Positions 30,344 through 39,200 of a stretch of 64,000 nt of DNA are shown here, piece by piece. The position numbers were made by a program, and so were the translations under genes. This stretch comes from a virus. The stretch spans positions 1-64,000 of the IMG/VR virus record IMGVR_UViG_3300045974_000760. One strand, given 5' to 3'. The notes under the pieces were generated by a model that did no database searches, was not told the origin of the DNA, and was given only the letters and a program-made list of their open reading frames with translations. How positions within the stretch are numbered: the first letter of the stretch is position 1; the number at the start of each line of letters is the position of its first letter.

Positions 30344-31159
30344 ATGGCGAAGAATACAGAGAAGTTGACGTTCGAGGGGTTCTTGGAGTTGTTGAAGTCG
30401 GGCCGTTACGCTGACGGTACTGCGGCACGCCGAGGGGTTGGCAAGTGCCAGTGGACGGCGGCGAAGAAGGATGAGGCGCGCGCTGCGATTGCGGCGAAGT
30501 TCGGCGAGGCTGGTACACCTGCCCCGGCGAGCAAGAAGCCAGTGGCGAAGAAGGCAGCTCCAGCGAAGTCTGCGAAGGCGGCAGTCGCGAAGAAGGCGCC
30601 TGTTGCCAAGGCAGCGCCGGCACCCAAGGCGAAGGCAGCGCCAGCCAAGAAGTCGGCACCCGCAAAGAACCCGCCAGTGCTGACGCATTCGATGTTTGCT
30701 GAGGCAGTGAGCGCGCCATTGCCTGCGGGCTTGCAGGCCCAGGTGCAGATCACCTTGGCGACGGGGATTGTTCGCCGCACGACGGAGTTCTACTCGAGCG
30801 TGCAGAAGCTCGAGGAAGTGTCGGGCGCGACGGTCTCGAAGGAGGCGGCGAAGGCAGTTGCCGGTGAGGCGCTCGAGCTTGTGCGCGCGGCGATCACGAC
30901 GATGCAGGGGAGCAAGGCCGAGGTCATCTACGACTCGTTCGCTGTTCAGCAGCTGCTCAGCCGTGAGGATGTGCGCGCGTTCTCGCAACGCGACGAGCTC
31001 AAGTCGTTCGCGCTCGAGGGTGTTGCGATGAAGACACCGAAGAGCTTGAACGGCAAGAGCACGGCGACGAACCTCGACTTAGGGCAGCAAGACGCCGATG
31101 CGGTCACGGCCTTGGTGTTCGACGGGTTCGCCGAGCACCTTCAGGTCACCGTGACGTGA
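30344..31159 (+). CDS. Histone H1-like (Lys/Ala/Pro-repeat) DNA-binding protein
   Basis: PASKKPVAKKAAPAKSAKAAVAKKAPVAKAAPAPKAKAAPAKK tract between two globular regions. Confidence 0.65.
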   Translation: MAKNTEKLTFEGFLELLKSGRYADGTAARRGVGKCQWTAAKKDEARAAIAAKFGEAGTPAPASKKPVAKKAAPAKSAKAAVAKKAPVAKAAPAPKAKAAPAKKSAPAKNPPVLTHSMFAEAVSAPLPAGLQAQVQITLATGIVRRTTEFYSSVQKLEEVSGATVSKEAAKAVAGEALELVRAAITTMQGSKAEVIYDSFAVQQLLSREDVRAFSQRDELKSFALEGVAMKTPKSLNGKSTATNLDLGQQDADAVTALVFDGFAEHLQVTVT

Positions 31160-31507
31160 GATGGGTATCTCCCAGGAGTAGGTGCCCATGGACGCTTCGA
31201 AGATGACGAGCATCTTGTCGCCGATGGTGCGGGAGAGCAGTAGGGCGTAGGCCTTCGTACGAAGGGCGGTGTTCTTGATGGCCTTCTTGCGTATGTCTTC
31301 CGACACATCCTTGGGGAAGTGCATGATGCACAGGCCATCGATGACCTTCATGTCGTCGGTGCGGATGGGCTCACGAGGCCAGGAGATCAAGAGGTCGGGC
31401 ACATGCTGATCGTTCAGGAACCACTTGTTCAGTTCTGGCAGTACGCGGCGTGCCTGGCGCACGCAGCTGTCGAATACCAGTTCTTCTTGTTCGTGCGACA
31501 GTTTCAT
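31079..31507 (-). CDS. Hypothetical protein
   Basis: 142-aa ORF; convergent 81-nt overlap with the H1-like gene. Confidence 0.55.
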   Translation of the reverse strand: MKLSHEQEELVFDSCVRQARRVLPELNKWFLNDQHVPDLLISWPREPIRTDDMKVIDGLCIMHFPKDVSEDIRKKAIKNTALRTKAYALLLSRTIGDKMLVIFEASMGTYSWEIPISRHGDLKVLGEPVEHQGRDRIGVLLP

Positions 31508-31509
31508 TC

Positions 31510-31827
31510 ATGGCCAACGTACTGAATCTGCGAGAGCTGCGCACGTACATCTCGACGGGGCTTGCGAGCCTCAATCGTTCTCTTGGTGGGAACGTGTGCC
31601 TTTTGCCGGGCCGTTTGCTTACCCCGCCCAACCACGCGGAGTTCATCCTCGAGGCGAAGTGGCATGTAGGGGCAGACCCGCACTTCTACCGGAAGGAGTT
31701 CACACGGGCGAGTGTGTACGGGGGTACTGCTACGCTTTTGCCAGATGCTTGGCGGGTGCAGTTGCGCCCTTGTCAATACCGTAAGGACTTCGTCTACGAG
31801 GTTCTTCACGCTCAAGGAATCGTCTGA
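31510..31827 (+). CDS. Hypothetical protein
   Basis: MANVLNL... ORF; TGATG coupling to the next gene. Confidence 0.45.
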   Translation: MANVLNLRELRTYISTGLASLNRSLGGNVCLLPGRLLTPPNHAEFILEAKWHVGADPHFYRKEFTRASVYGGTATLLPDAWRVQLRPCQYRKDFVYEVLHAQGIV

Positions 31828-32195
31828 TGATCCAACTCTCCGAAGAAGAATACGCAGCCCTGCGCGGGCTGGCTTTCGCAGGCGTTCCGACGGGGGATAA
31901 GACGCGCCAGCTCGCGGTCTTCTTCCGAGACATCGAGAAGCGCGAAGGCTACTCCGTCTACTCCATCCTCGTACGCTGGCAGGAGCTCAACGCACCCCTA
32001 CCTCCAGGCACCAACTTCCCGGAAGTGTGGCCCCCCGTGTGGGAGTCACGCGTGGATGTGATGGGGCGACCCGTTGCTCTGGCCGACGTCAATGCGATGC
32101 TGAAGGCCAAGGCAACCAACCCCGAGCTCGTGCTTGTGACCACCGACCTGGGAGGCACCGCGGGTTGGACGAAGACCGCGGACTTCTTTCGATGA
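31827..32195 (+). CDS. Hypothetical protein
   Basis: AAGGA RBS; coupled at both ends. Confidence 0.6.
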   Translation: MIQLSEEEYAALRGLAFAGVPTGDKTRQLAVFFRDIEKREGYSVYSILVRWQELNAPLPPGTNFPEVWPPVWESRVDVMGRPVALADVNAMLKAKATNPELVLVTTDLGGTAGWTKTADFFR

Positions 32196-33154
32196 TCGGC
32201 CTCCGCTGCCTGAACTGCCAACAGACGTACGCCCCTGGTACCGGAGCTACTGTACTTGGGGTCATGGTGTGTCCGAGCTGTGCAGTAGTTGCGGAACGTA
32301 TTCTCGAGCGGGCTGAGGGCGAGCTGAAGATGCTCCTCACGCTGATGAAGGAGAAGGTCCGCCTGAGCCTCATCGAAGGCAAGCTGCAGTTCGGCCCCGG
32401 GTCTGAGGAGCCGCCCAGCAAAGAGGACGTCCTCAAGGCCATCATCGAGCTACACGGGAGACAGAATGAGTCGCAAGGAAGCCAACGCCAACATCCTGCT
32501 CGAGTACGAGACGAAGTGCGACACCCCGGACTGCCCGGGCAAGGGGAAGGCGTTGTCGAATCGTCTACCCACGGGCGCCCTTCTCTGCCTCGATTACGAC
32601 AACCCCCTCTACGGAATCTGCGGCCTATGCAAGAGACACAGCATGCGGGTAGTGACCCCGGAAGTACCAGTTCCAACACCCACTCCTCCCCCGGGATTTT
32701 GGAAGGTGCCATCGCGCAGCTGAATGTGTTTCAGGCGCGCACAATGCGCCCGCTGTGCCGCCTTCTGGATGTGACGGTGAGCCGGCGCATCTCGAGTGAG
32801 CGCGGCTACACATTCACGTGGGTCCTGCTGCAAGCCAAGCGCATGTACCTCGAGCGCGTCCCCATGCTCCAGGTGCTGCAAGGTACGGGGCTCATGGCCC
32901 TACTCTGCCAGGGCGCGATTGTTTCCTCCCCGGGTGTTGAGAAGGGGGCGTACTACGGCTGCCCCTACTTGCTGGCGCAGACGCCCGCACAAGTACCGCT
33001 GCACACACCGAACTTCTCGAACGTGGCTATCGGCCTACTGCTCGAGGTAGTGCGCGGCGACAGCGTGCCGCCAATGGGCCCCATGGAAGTGTGGCGCGCA
33101 CTACTTCTCGACTCCGGTATTCCGCTCTTGACTCCTCCTACCACAACGCCATAA
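32192..33154 (+). CDS. Zn-ribbon protein read through into a second domain (possible separate start at 32744)
   Basis: CLNC...CPSC; the middle section looks like the shadow of nested ORF 32466-32723. Confidence 0.5.
   Translation: MIGLRCLNCQQTYAPGTGATVLGVMVCPSCAVVAERILERAEGELKMLLTLMKEKVRLSLIEGKLQFGPGSEEPPSKEDVLKAIIELHGRQNESQGSQRQHPARVRDEVRHPGLPGQGEGVVESSTHGRPSLPRLRQPPLRNLRPMQETQHAGSDPGSTSSNTHSSPGILEGAIAQLNVFQARTMRPLCRLLDVTVSRRISSERGYTFTWVLLQAKRMYLERVPMLQVLQGTGLMALLCQGAIVSSPGVEKGAYYGCPYLLAQTPAQVPLHTPNFSNVAIGLLLEVVRGDSVPPMGPMEVWRALLLDSGIPLLTPPTTTP
32466..32723 (+). CDS. Small Zn-binding protein nested in another frame
   Basis: GGGAG RBS; CDTPDC...CGLC; protein-like composition. Confidence 0.55.
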   Translation: MSRKEANANILLEYETKCDTPDCPGKGKALSNRLPTGALLCLDYDNPLYGICGLCKRHSMRVVTPEVPVPTPTPPPGFWKVPSRS

Positions 33155-33158
33155 GAGG

Positions 33159-33177
33159 TGGAGTACATTGTACTCCA
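33159..33177. promoter_or_regulatory. Perfect palindrome, operator-like
   Basis: TGGAGTACA-T-TGTACTCCA, 10 nt upstream of ATG 33188. Confidence 0.45.
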
Positions 33178-33187
33178 GTGCGACTGA

Positions 33188-34366
33188 ATGAACCCGAACG
33201 CCCCGCCCCCGAATCCGTCGTACCTACCGACATCTCCGATTGTTCCTGGGGGACCTCCGGTGAACATCACTACGAAGGCGGCAGCGGCCCCGCCTGCGAT
33301 GTCACCACAAGCGCGTGCGTACCAGGAGCGCCTTGCTGCACAGCGTACCAATGCACCGCGTGCTGGTGGCCCTGGCCCCTCAATCCCCCTTCTCACTGCG
33401 CAGCATGTGGAGGGGATGACGATGGAGCAACAGGCAGAGGCAGCTCGACGTCAAGCCTTTGGGCAGGGGAGCGTTGCAGCGGGCAGTATCATTGCCCCGC
33501 CGACGTCTGTTCCTGCGGCTCCTCCTCCGTTCCAGTTTCAGATGACGGACATGCTGCCCGAGGCAGCGCAGCGGGACCCTGAGTACATCCAGGGAAGCGG
33601 GAGCTTGTACGCGAGCGCGCAGCCTCGCATGGCGTACAAGTACGGCGTCATCCGCAATGGTCAGCTCATCCCACCACAACAGGTGCAGAGCGGTGGTGCT
33701 GCAGGGAAGCTGAGCCAGGCGACACTGAAGGACCTCGAGACGCTGAAGGGTCTTCAGAAGCCTGCTGAAGCAGCTGAGGAGAAGGCGGAAGCCAAGGCGG
33801 ACGAGCCTACGCCGGAGGAGAAGAAGGCGAAGCAGGAGCGCGCCAAGAAGACGCTCGATGAGATGGGCGACCTCGACCTTGCCCGCTTGATGGATGCAGC
33901 CCGCACGGACATCCTGAACAACGATGAGCAGAAGAAGATCGTCGAGGGGCGCATCACGGAGGTGTTGAGCATCGAGGACCTCATCATGAACGGTGAGGTG
34001 TTCCAGCGGGTGCCCATCATCCCGGGGAAGTTCGAGCCGCGGTTCCGGTCGTTGGGCGTGCAGGAGGACCTGGCGTTGAAGCGCCTCATCATGCAGGAGG
34101 CGCGGACACTACAAGTGGCGGACACGTACTTCTCGGACAAGTTCACCTTCATGGGTGTTGTGGCGGGCCTGTACGAGCTCAACGGCAACCCGGTGCCTCA
34201 CCATCTCGACGAGAAGCGCAACTTCGATGAAGATCGCTTCTGGAAGAAGTTCGAGCATCTGTCGCACTACTCGTTCTGGATGCTGCAGTCGTTGTGCGTG
34301 CACTACGGCTGGTTCGATACGCGGGTGAAGAACCTCTTCAAGGCGGAGGCGATAAAAAATGGCTAG
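33188..34366 (+). CDS. Putative tail assembly chaperone (gpG-like)
   Basis: Ends ATA AAA AAT GGC TAG at a slippery heptamer with a -1 frame ORF continuing. Confidence 0.6.
   Translation: MNPNAPPPNPSYLPTSPIVPGGPPVNITTKAAAAPPAMSPQARAYQERLAAQRTNAPRAGGPGPSIPLLTAQHVEGMTMEQQAEAARRQAFGQGSVAAGSIIAPPTSVPAAPPPFQFQMTDMLPEAAQRDPEYIQGSGSLYASAQPRMAYKYGVIRNGQLIPPQQVQSGGAAGKLSQATLKDLETLKGLQKPAEAAEEKAEAKADEPTPEEKKAKQERAKKTLDEMGDLDLARLMDAARTDILNNDEQKKIVEGRITEVLSIEDLIMNGEVFQRVPIIPGKFEPRFRSLGVQEDLALKRLIMQEARTLQVADTYFSDKFTFMGVVAGLYELNGNPVPHHLDEKRNFDEDRFWKKFEHLSHYSFWMLQSLCVHYGWFDTRVKNLFKAEAIKNG
34354..34360 (+). other. -1 programmed ribosomal frameshift site A AAA AAT
   Basis: X XXY YYZ heptamer in the correct phase; an A6 run is rare in this GC-rich coding DNA. 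Confidence 0.7.
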
Positions 34367-34806
34367 CCACCCCCGAGGGATGGGCGAGGGCGAATCTACT
34401 GCTCCGCACATTGCAAGCCCCGCCGGAGAAGGATTCTCCTCGGGAGGTGGCGCTCACCTACTTGATCATCCGGCTCGAGGATATCGAACACTCGAAGTTG
34501 CGTGCGGTTGCGCAGCTGATTCTGCAGCCCGACAAGGGCAAGGAAGCGTTCGACGACTACATGAAGACGGCGTTCCCGTACCTCACAGTGGCACATGCGA
34601 GGGACAAGGATGCGATACAGGCACAGCTTGCGGAGGAGGTTGCGCGCGGCCCCCTACACGTGAGCGCCCTTGCCAAGCCTGCCGACGAAAAGAAGGTCAA
34701 CGCGCGCCGTGTGACACGAGCGCAGTACGATGCGGAGCAGGCAGCTCCAGCGAGGGATGCGACTGATATGTCGCGCATCTACTCCCGCCTACGAAAGAAC
34801 TCATGA
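34357..34806 (+). CDS. Frameshift extension (gpT-like), giving a fusion of about 539 aa
   Basis: Open -1 frame KWLATPEGWARANLL... with no convincing start or RBS of its own. Confidence 0.6.
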   Translation, partial: KWLATPEGWARANLLLRTLQAPPEKDSPREVALTYLIIRLEDIEHSKLRAVAQLILQPDKGKEAFDDYMKTAFPYLTVAHARDKDAIQAQLAEEVARGPLHVSALAKPADEKKVNARRVTRAQYDAEQAAPARDATDMSRIYSRLRKNS

Positions 34807-35207
34807 GCAACGTCGCCTATCACTGCCCTGGTTGTATGTCCCCTGCGGTCGAAGTCAGCGCCCTTGTGAATGGCGCTGCCTCGTGCCGCACCTGCGGGTG
34901 GGAGGGGACACGTTCGGACGTCCTCTCCTACGAGTTCGAGCCCGGGCAGAACTCGCCGGAGGAGCAGGGGCTGAAGTTCATGCTCGGCATTCGCGACTTG
35001 TTCTCGACCATCGCCGGGCCCTTCGGTCAGCTCTACATCAAGTACGGCTTTCTCGATGTCGCCCAGCCACCCGCTGAGCTCAAGGTCAATGTCGTTCGCT
35101 ACCTTGGTAGTGCGGCGATTGCCATTGCGCGCAGTGCGGTTGAGACACGAGAGCAGCTCGAGCGCGAGCGGGTCAACAAGAGCCGAAAGAACATGGCACA
35201 AGCATGA
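34803..35207 (+). CDS. Zn-ribbon protein
   Basis: CPGC...CRTCGW; ATGA coupling. Confidence 0.6.
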   Translation: MSNVAYHCPGCMSPAVEVSALVNGAASCRTCGWEGTRSDVLSYEFEPGQNSPEEQGLKFMLGIRDLFSTIAGPFGQLYIKYGFLDVAQPPAELKVNVVRYLGSAAIAIARSAVETREQLERERVNKSRKNMAQA

Positions 35208-35503
35208 GCGAACTGGACCCCTCGGAGATTGCTGGTCCACCGGCACCTCCTGAGCGTAAGCAGACAGAAGAGCTCTACTGCCACATGGACCTGACCCGTA
35301 CTTGTGGCCCGGACTGCATGGCGTACCTGACGCATCCCCCGGTCGACAACGACTACAAGGGGCAGTCGTGGGCGAAGTGCCGCCTACTCGTCGACAGCTA
35401 CCGTGTAGGCAAGCACGTGACTCTTCTTGTTCAGGCGGCCAATGCGGCGGTCCGCCCTAGGACTGCACCTATTCCCCCGCCTAACCCGCTAGGGGGTAAG
35501 TGA
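35204..35503 (+). CDS. Cys-rich hypothetical protein
   Basis: YCHMD..RTCGPDCMAY...CRLL. Confidence 0.55.
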   Translation: MSELDPSEIAGPPAPPERKQTEELYCHMDLTRTCGPDCMAYLTHPPVDNDYKGQSWAKCRLLVDSYRVGKHVTLLVQAANAAVRPRTAPIPPPNPLGGK

Positions 35504-35991
35504 TGTCGGTCGGTGCAGAGATTGTCGCCATTGGCGAGGAGCTCGACCTCAACACCAACATGGTGGTGTCGCACTTGGCGTTGCGCCTACCAACGGGCGT
35601 GGTGATTCGAGTGGGGCTGCAGTCCTCTGATAAGGACCGCGTGCTCGAGGCTCTGGAGGGACGCGTTGCAGAACCAGCACCGCCTCCCCCGCCAGCTCGA
35701 GCGCCCGTACGTCCGGCTGCACGTCCAGCCCCACCTCCTGCGGCACCCGCGGTCATTGACTTCGGCGGCGAAGAAGCGCCGGTGATGATGGCGGGCAAGA
35801 AGGCGGTGCCCTTCCACCCATTGCTTGCGGAGATGCAGCAGGCAGGCGCGGCTGCGTCCGACCCCGAGGGTCCTGAGCCGCTTGCCCCGCTTGTACGTGG
35901 GCGAGAGGTGATGACGGATGAGTACGGCTACCCGGTCGTACAGAAGCAGCAGGGGCCTGTCGTCGATGACGATGGGTTTGCGTCGCTCTGA
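35500..35991 (+). CDS. Hypothetical protein
   Basis: Coupled ORF; acidic C-terminus DDDGFASL. Confidence 0.55.
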   Translation: MMSVGAEIVAIGEELDLNTNMVVSHLALRLPTGVVIRVGLQSSDKDRVLEALEGRVAEPAPPPPPARAPVRPAARPAPPPAAPAVIDFGGEEAPVMMAGKKAVPFHPLLAEMQQAGAAASDPEGPEPLAPLVRGREVMTDEYGYPVVQKQQGPVVDDDGFASL

Positions 35992-36437
35992 TGGACTTCT
36001 TCTGCTTCAAGTGCGGCGCGCACTTCTGCCCCCAAGGGCATCGGGAGCAGATACACCTGCTGCTTACTCGCCCCAAGGACGAGGAGTGGCCGTGTCCTCG
36101 GTGTGAGGCGCCCATCAAGGCATACGACAACGGGCTGCCTGAGGGCGTCTTCCCGGCCGTGTCCTTCTACCCCACGCCCGAGGAGCTCTGTGCGGGCTTC
36201 GCAGGGATGGGGATGCCGACGGAGGAGCCGTGCACCGCCGAGCTGCTGCGCGCTGCGCTACTGAAGCCTATCAAGGCCATCGACAGCGTGCCCATCCCGA
36301 ATACCACGCGGTTGATTGTTCGAAGCATCACCTTCACGGACAACTCGTCGCTCTTCTTCGGTGCGGGCCCGCTGGGCGCAGTCCTCTACCGCTACCGCGC
36401 ACCCTTCTCTTACGTGGAGCAGCTCGATGTCGGTTAG
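35991..36437 (+). CDS. Zn-ribbon protein
   Basis: CFKC...CPRC; TGATG coupling. Confidence 0.55.
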   Translation: MDFFCFKCGAHFCPQGHREQIHLLLTRPKDEEWPCPRCEAPIKAYDNGLPEGVFPAVSFYPTPEELCAGFAGMGMPTEEPCTAELLRAALLKPIKAIDSVPIPNTTRLIVRSITFTDNSSLFFGAGPLGAVLYRYRAPFSYVEQLDVG

Positions 36438-37062
36438 CGCTAGGTTCCAGCGTAACAAGGAAGGTCTGTGTACGGGCCTCATCGCAAACGACGGGGAGAG
36501 CGCCACGGTCGGGGACTTCATCGAAATCTCCTACAGCGCCATGGTGGCTCGCCTTGTTGCCTGGGCACAGGCATTGGGTACTCGCGAGCTCTCACTACAA
36601 GAGAGTCGCCCGGGCTTGATGCCGCACGTCGTCGAGCTCGAGAAGCCGCTCGTCGACTTGCTGATGACTGACGTGATGGAGGGGCTCAAACAGATGAACC
36701 CCGCCACACGCACCATCGACATGCGTGTGTCTCGTCCTCAGTACGAAGATGCGGGCCGCGTACTAGTCACGGGGCACGCAAAGCTGCGGAACGTACAAGG
36801 CAAGCACGTGTACTTCCGTCGACGCGAGGAGCAGTACGAGTCCCCGCTCACAAGCCTGTGGGAGCCAATCCCCGAGTGGGCTACTCGCATCGATTCACGC
36901 TGGTGTCGTACAAGTATTGAGCAACTACTGGCAATACCTTCTGAGCAGTACTACATCCCCAGGGCTTGGAACCAATCCAAGAACTGGTGGATCCCCCGCG
37001 CCGAACTGGCGCTCGTCCAGCAGCAACTCCAGGAAGAAGAAAAGAGCTATGGGTCTATCTGA
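36427..37062 (+). CDS. Hypothetical protein
   Basis: GGAG before ATG 36427; overlaps both neighbours. Confidence 0.55.
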   Translation: MSVSARFQRNKEGLCTGLIANDGESATVGDFIEISYSAMVARLVAWAQALGTRELSLQESRPGLMPHVVELEKPLVDLLMTDVMEGLKQMNPATRTIDMRVSRPQYEDAGRVLVTGHAKLRNVQGKHVYFRRREEQYESPLTSLWEPIPEWATRIDSRWCRTSIEQLLAIPSEQYYIPRAWNQSKNWWIPRAELALVQQQLQEEEKSYGSI

Positions 37063-37417
37063 TCACCAACTCCGCCCGAACGGTGTCTCCATCCCCGATG
37101 CGGAGGGCCCTCGCATGGCCACTCCCAACACCTTCCTCAGCGGCACACCGCTCGAGCAGTTCCTCGTGCAGTACTCCGACGGTGATGGGCGGGTGCATGA
37201 CGCGGTTGGGATTCGCATCGGCAACGAGTGGTTCCTCGCGCCGAACAGCGAAGAGTGGCTGAAGAGCCGCCGTCCGTTCCACAAGAACGTTCGCACCACG
37301 ATGGAAGAGCGCTACCAGGCGTACCTCGCGAGCAAGGCGCTCGCGGGCAAAGGCGCAACCTCACCGACGGTTCCCGCAGCCGCTCTCACGGGCGCTGCTC
37401 CAGGCAAGACCGTCTGA
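37049..37417 (+). CDS. Hypothetical protein
   Basis: Operonic ORF. Confidence 0.55.
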   Translation: MGLSDHQLRPNGVSIPDAEGPRMATPNTFLSGTPLEQFLVQYSDGDGRVHDAVGIRIGNEWFLAPNSEEWLKSRRPFHKNVRTTMEERYQAYLASKALAGKGATSPTVPAAALTGAAPGKTV

Positions 37418-37755
37418 TGAACTTCCGCCCCTTCAACGACTCGATTGTGGTGGCAGTAGACCCCATCCCGGAGAAGAGGGGGCTGCTGTTCCGCGTCGAA
37501 GACAAGAGCATCTTCACGGGTACTGTGCTGGCCGTCGGTCCGGGCAAGTACGCGAAGAAAGGTCACCGCCGTATTGAGACTGGTGTGGCGGTGGGCGACC
37601 GTGTTGCGTTCCACCGGTGGCACGCAGAGCTGAAGAACGGGCGAGCAATCGCCTCCATCCTCGAGGATTGCTACCAAGGGCATGAGCGCGTTGCGCTTGT
37701 ACGTCCCGAAGACATGCAAGGTGTTCTCGAAGGCGAAGCCGTTCTGGATACGTGA
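37417..37755 (+). CDS. groES: Co-chaperonin GroES (Cpn10)-like protein
   Basis: MNFRPFNDSIVV...GLL...GTVLAVGPGK...VAVGDRVAF...LVRPEDMQGVLE. Confidence 0.85.
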   Translation: MNFRPFNDSIVVAVDPIPEKRGLLFRVEDKSIFTGTVLAVGPGKYAKKGHRRIETGVAVGDRVAFHRWHAELKNGRAIASILEDCYQGHERVALVRPEDMQGVLEGEAVLDT

Positions 37756-37764
37756 GGTAGGCAC

Positions 37765-38022
37765 ATGAGACTGATCGCAGAGACAGAGCCGGGCGTTGTG
37801 GAAGCCAACTTCATGTGGCTCCCCTCCTGGCTGGGCATGAACACCGCACTGCTGCAAGAGCTGGCCGATACCATCGGCAAGCAGCTCGCTGGGCGGGTCG
37901 TCGACGAAGACCTCCTCGATGAGCTCGATGCCCGCGTCATCGCTTGGGCCAAAGAGCGCTTCCCCGAGCTACCCGGCTTCGACACCTACCTCGACTCCCT
38001 CAAGCACGTGCAGCAGAAATGA
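37765..38022 (+). CDS. Hypothetical protein
   Basis: GAGG RBS; 85 aa. Confidence 0.6.
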   Translation: MRLIAETEPGVVEANFMWLPSWLGMNTALLQELADTIGKQLAGRVVDEDLLDELDARVIAWAKERFPELPGFDTYLDSLKHVQQK

Positions 38023-38177
38023 GCACGGACCTCGCCCCACAACGGCTGCAGGTGCGTGTCCCCGGTGAGCTCTTCATGCGCGTCAAGCGGGAGGCAGCAA
38101 AGCAGAAGCGCTCCATCCCCGCGCTGGTGCGCCTCATCCTCACCGAGTACCTCGACCGCCCACGGGCCAAGCCATGA
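38019..38177 (+). CDS. Ribbon-helix-helix (Arc/CopG-like) DNA-binding protein
   Basis: RLQVRVPGELFMRVKREAAKQKRSIPALVRLILTEYL. Confidence 0.75.
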   Translation: MSTDLAPQRLQVRVPGELFMRVKREAAKQKRSIPALVRLILTEYLDRPRAKP

Positions 38178-38707
38178 GCAACGTCCAACGGAAGTTCCGT
38201 GTACAGGTGCCTCGAGGCATGGACTCCCTGCTCGCGGCGGTGGAGCAAATCTTCCGTCAACGTCGAGTGGTCTCGGCCACCATCACCGCAGGCTCCATCG
38301 AATACGTGCAGGCTCTGCCTGACGAAGCCGAAGACCCGGGCCCCATCACCCTGCAGCTCGATACGGTCTCCCCGCTCGAGCTCCTTCGAACAGCAGAGAA
38401 CGTTGAGCTCCCGCTACAGCCCGAGCTCACGGGCATCGCACACTTCGCCGATGTTCTGCAGGAATGCACACGGGGCAACCTGGCCCCGCTCGCTTGGGTA
38501 CTCGGCCCCGAGACTCTCTTGTGGGCGTGGCTACAGACAACCGGCTTTCGCTGGGTACCGCGCTCAGACTTCCTTGGGCTGCAGGTTCTCGTCGACAGCC
38601 ACGCCGAGCGCGAGAACGTCATTCTCGCTGCCGGCTACACCCCGCACGCGCGCCTCACGAATGTGCAGCGCGGGTACATCACGAAGCTCCCACTTACGGT
38701 CGCGTGA
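38174..38707 (+). CDS. Hypothetical protein
   Basis: Coupled ORF. Confidence 0.55.
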   Translation: MSNVQRKFRVQVPRGMDSLLAAVEQIFRQRRVVSATITAGSIEYVQALPDEAEDPGPITLQLDTVSPLELLRTAENVELPLQPELTGIAHFADVLQECTRGNLAPLAWVLGPETLLWAWLQTTGFRWVPRSDFLGLQVLVDSHAERENVILAAGYTPHARLTNVQRGYITKLPLTVA

Positions 38708-38708
38708 C

Positions 38709-39200
38709 ATGAGCATCTCCCAAACCATCGTTGAGCTAGGTCTCGTCCCTGAAGAAGTCCTCCAGGAGCACCAGAAGTGGGGGCAGCGCGTCCCAACTAC
38801 CCCCATCCCGGGTGACCCGCCACCTCCAGAAGAGGCAGCCTCTCGTATTGCCGATGCCTTCGCTTCCGAAGAGCTCGTCGAAGTACGTGAGACCATCCTC
38901 GACCTCGTTGCCTACTACAAGCGCCACGAGGAGAGCGGGGTACTGCACTACCACGTTCTGCCCGGCACCGAGAATGAGGCGACAGGCAAAACCCCCGTCC
39001 ACTTCTGCCGGTGGCAGGGTCAGATTGCCATCCCTTGGAGTGATGATGTGCTGGGCAATCTCTTGCTCGACTCGCGCACCTACCTCCAGGACGTGCACGG
39101 CGGGAAGATGTACTTCATGTCGTACGACAACGTCTTCCACGGTGCTGTGCAGACCTTCGTCGTAGCCCGCCCCATCATGCCGGAGCCTGCCAGTGTCTAA
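38709..39200 (+). CDS. Hypothetical protein
   Basis: ATG right after the previous stop codon. Confidence 0.55.
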   Translation: MSISQTIVELGLVPEEVLQEHQKWGQRVPTTPIPGDPPPPEEAASRIADAFASEELVEVRETILDLVAYYKRHEESGVLHYHVLPGTENEATGKTPVHFCRWQGQIAIPWSDDVLGNLLLDSRTYLQDVHGGKMYFMSYDNVFHGAVQTFVVARPIMPEPASV

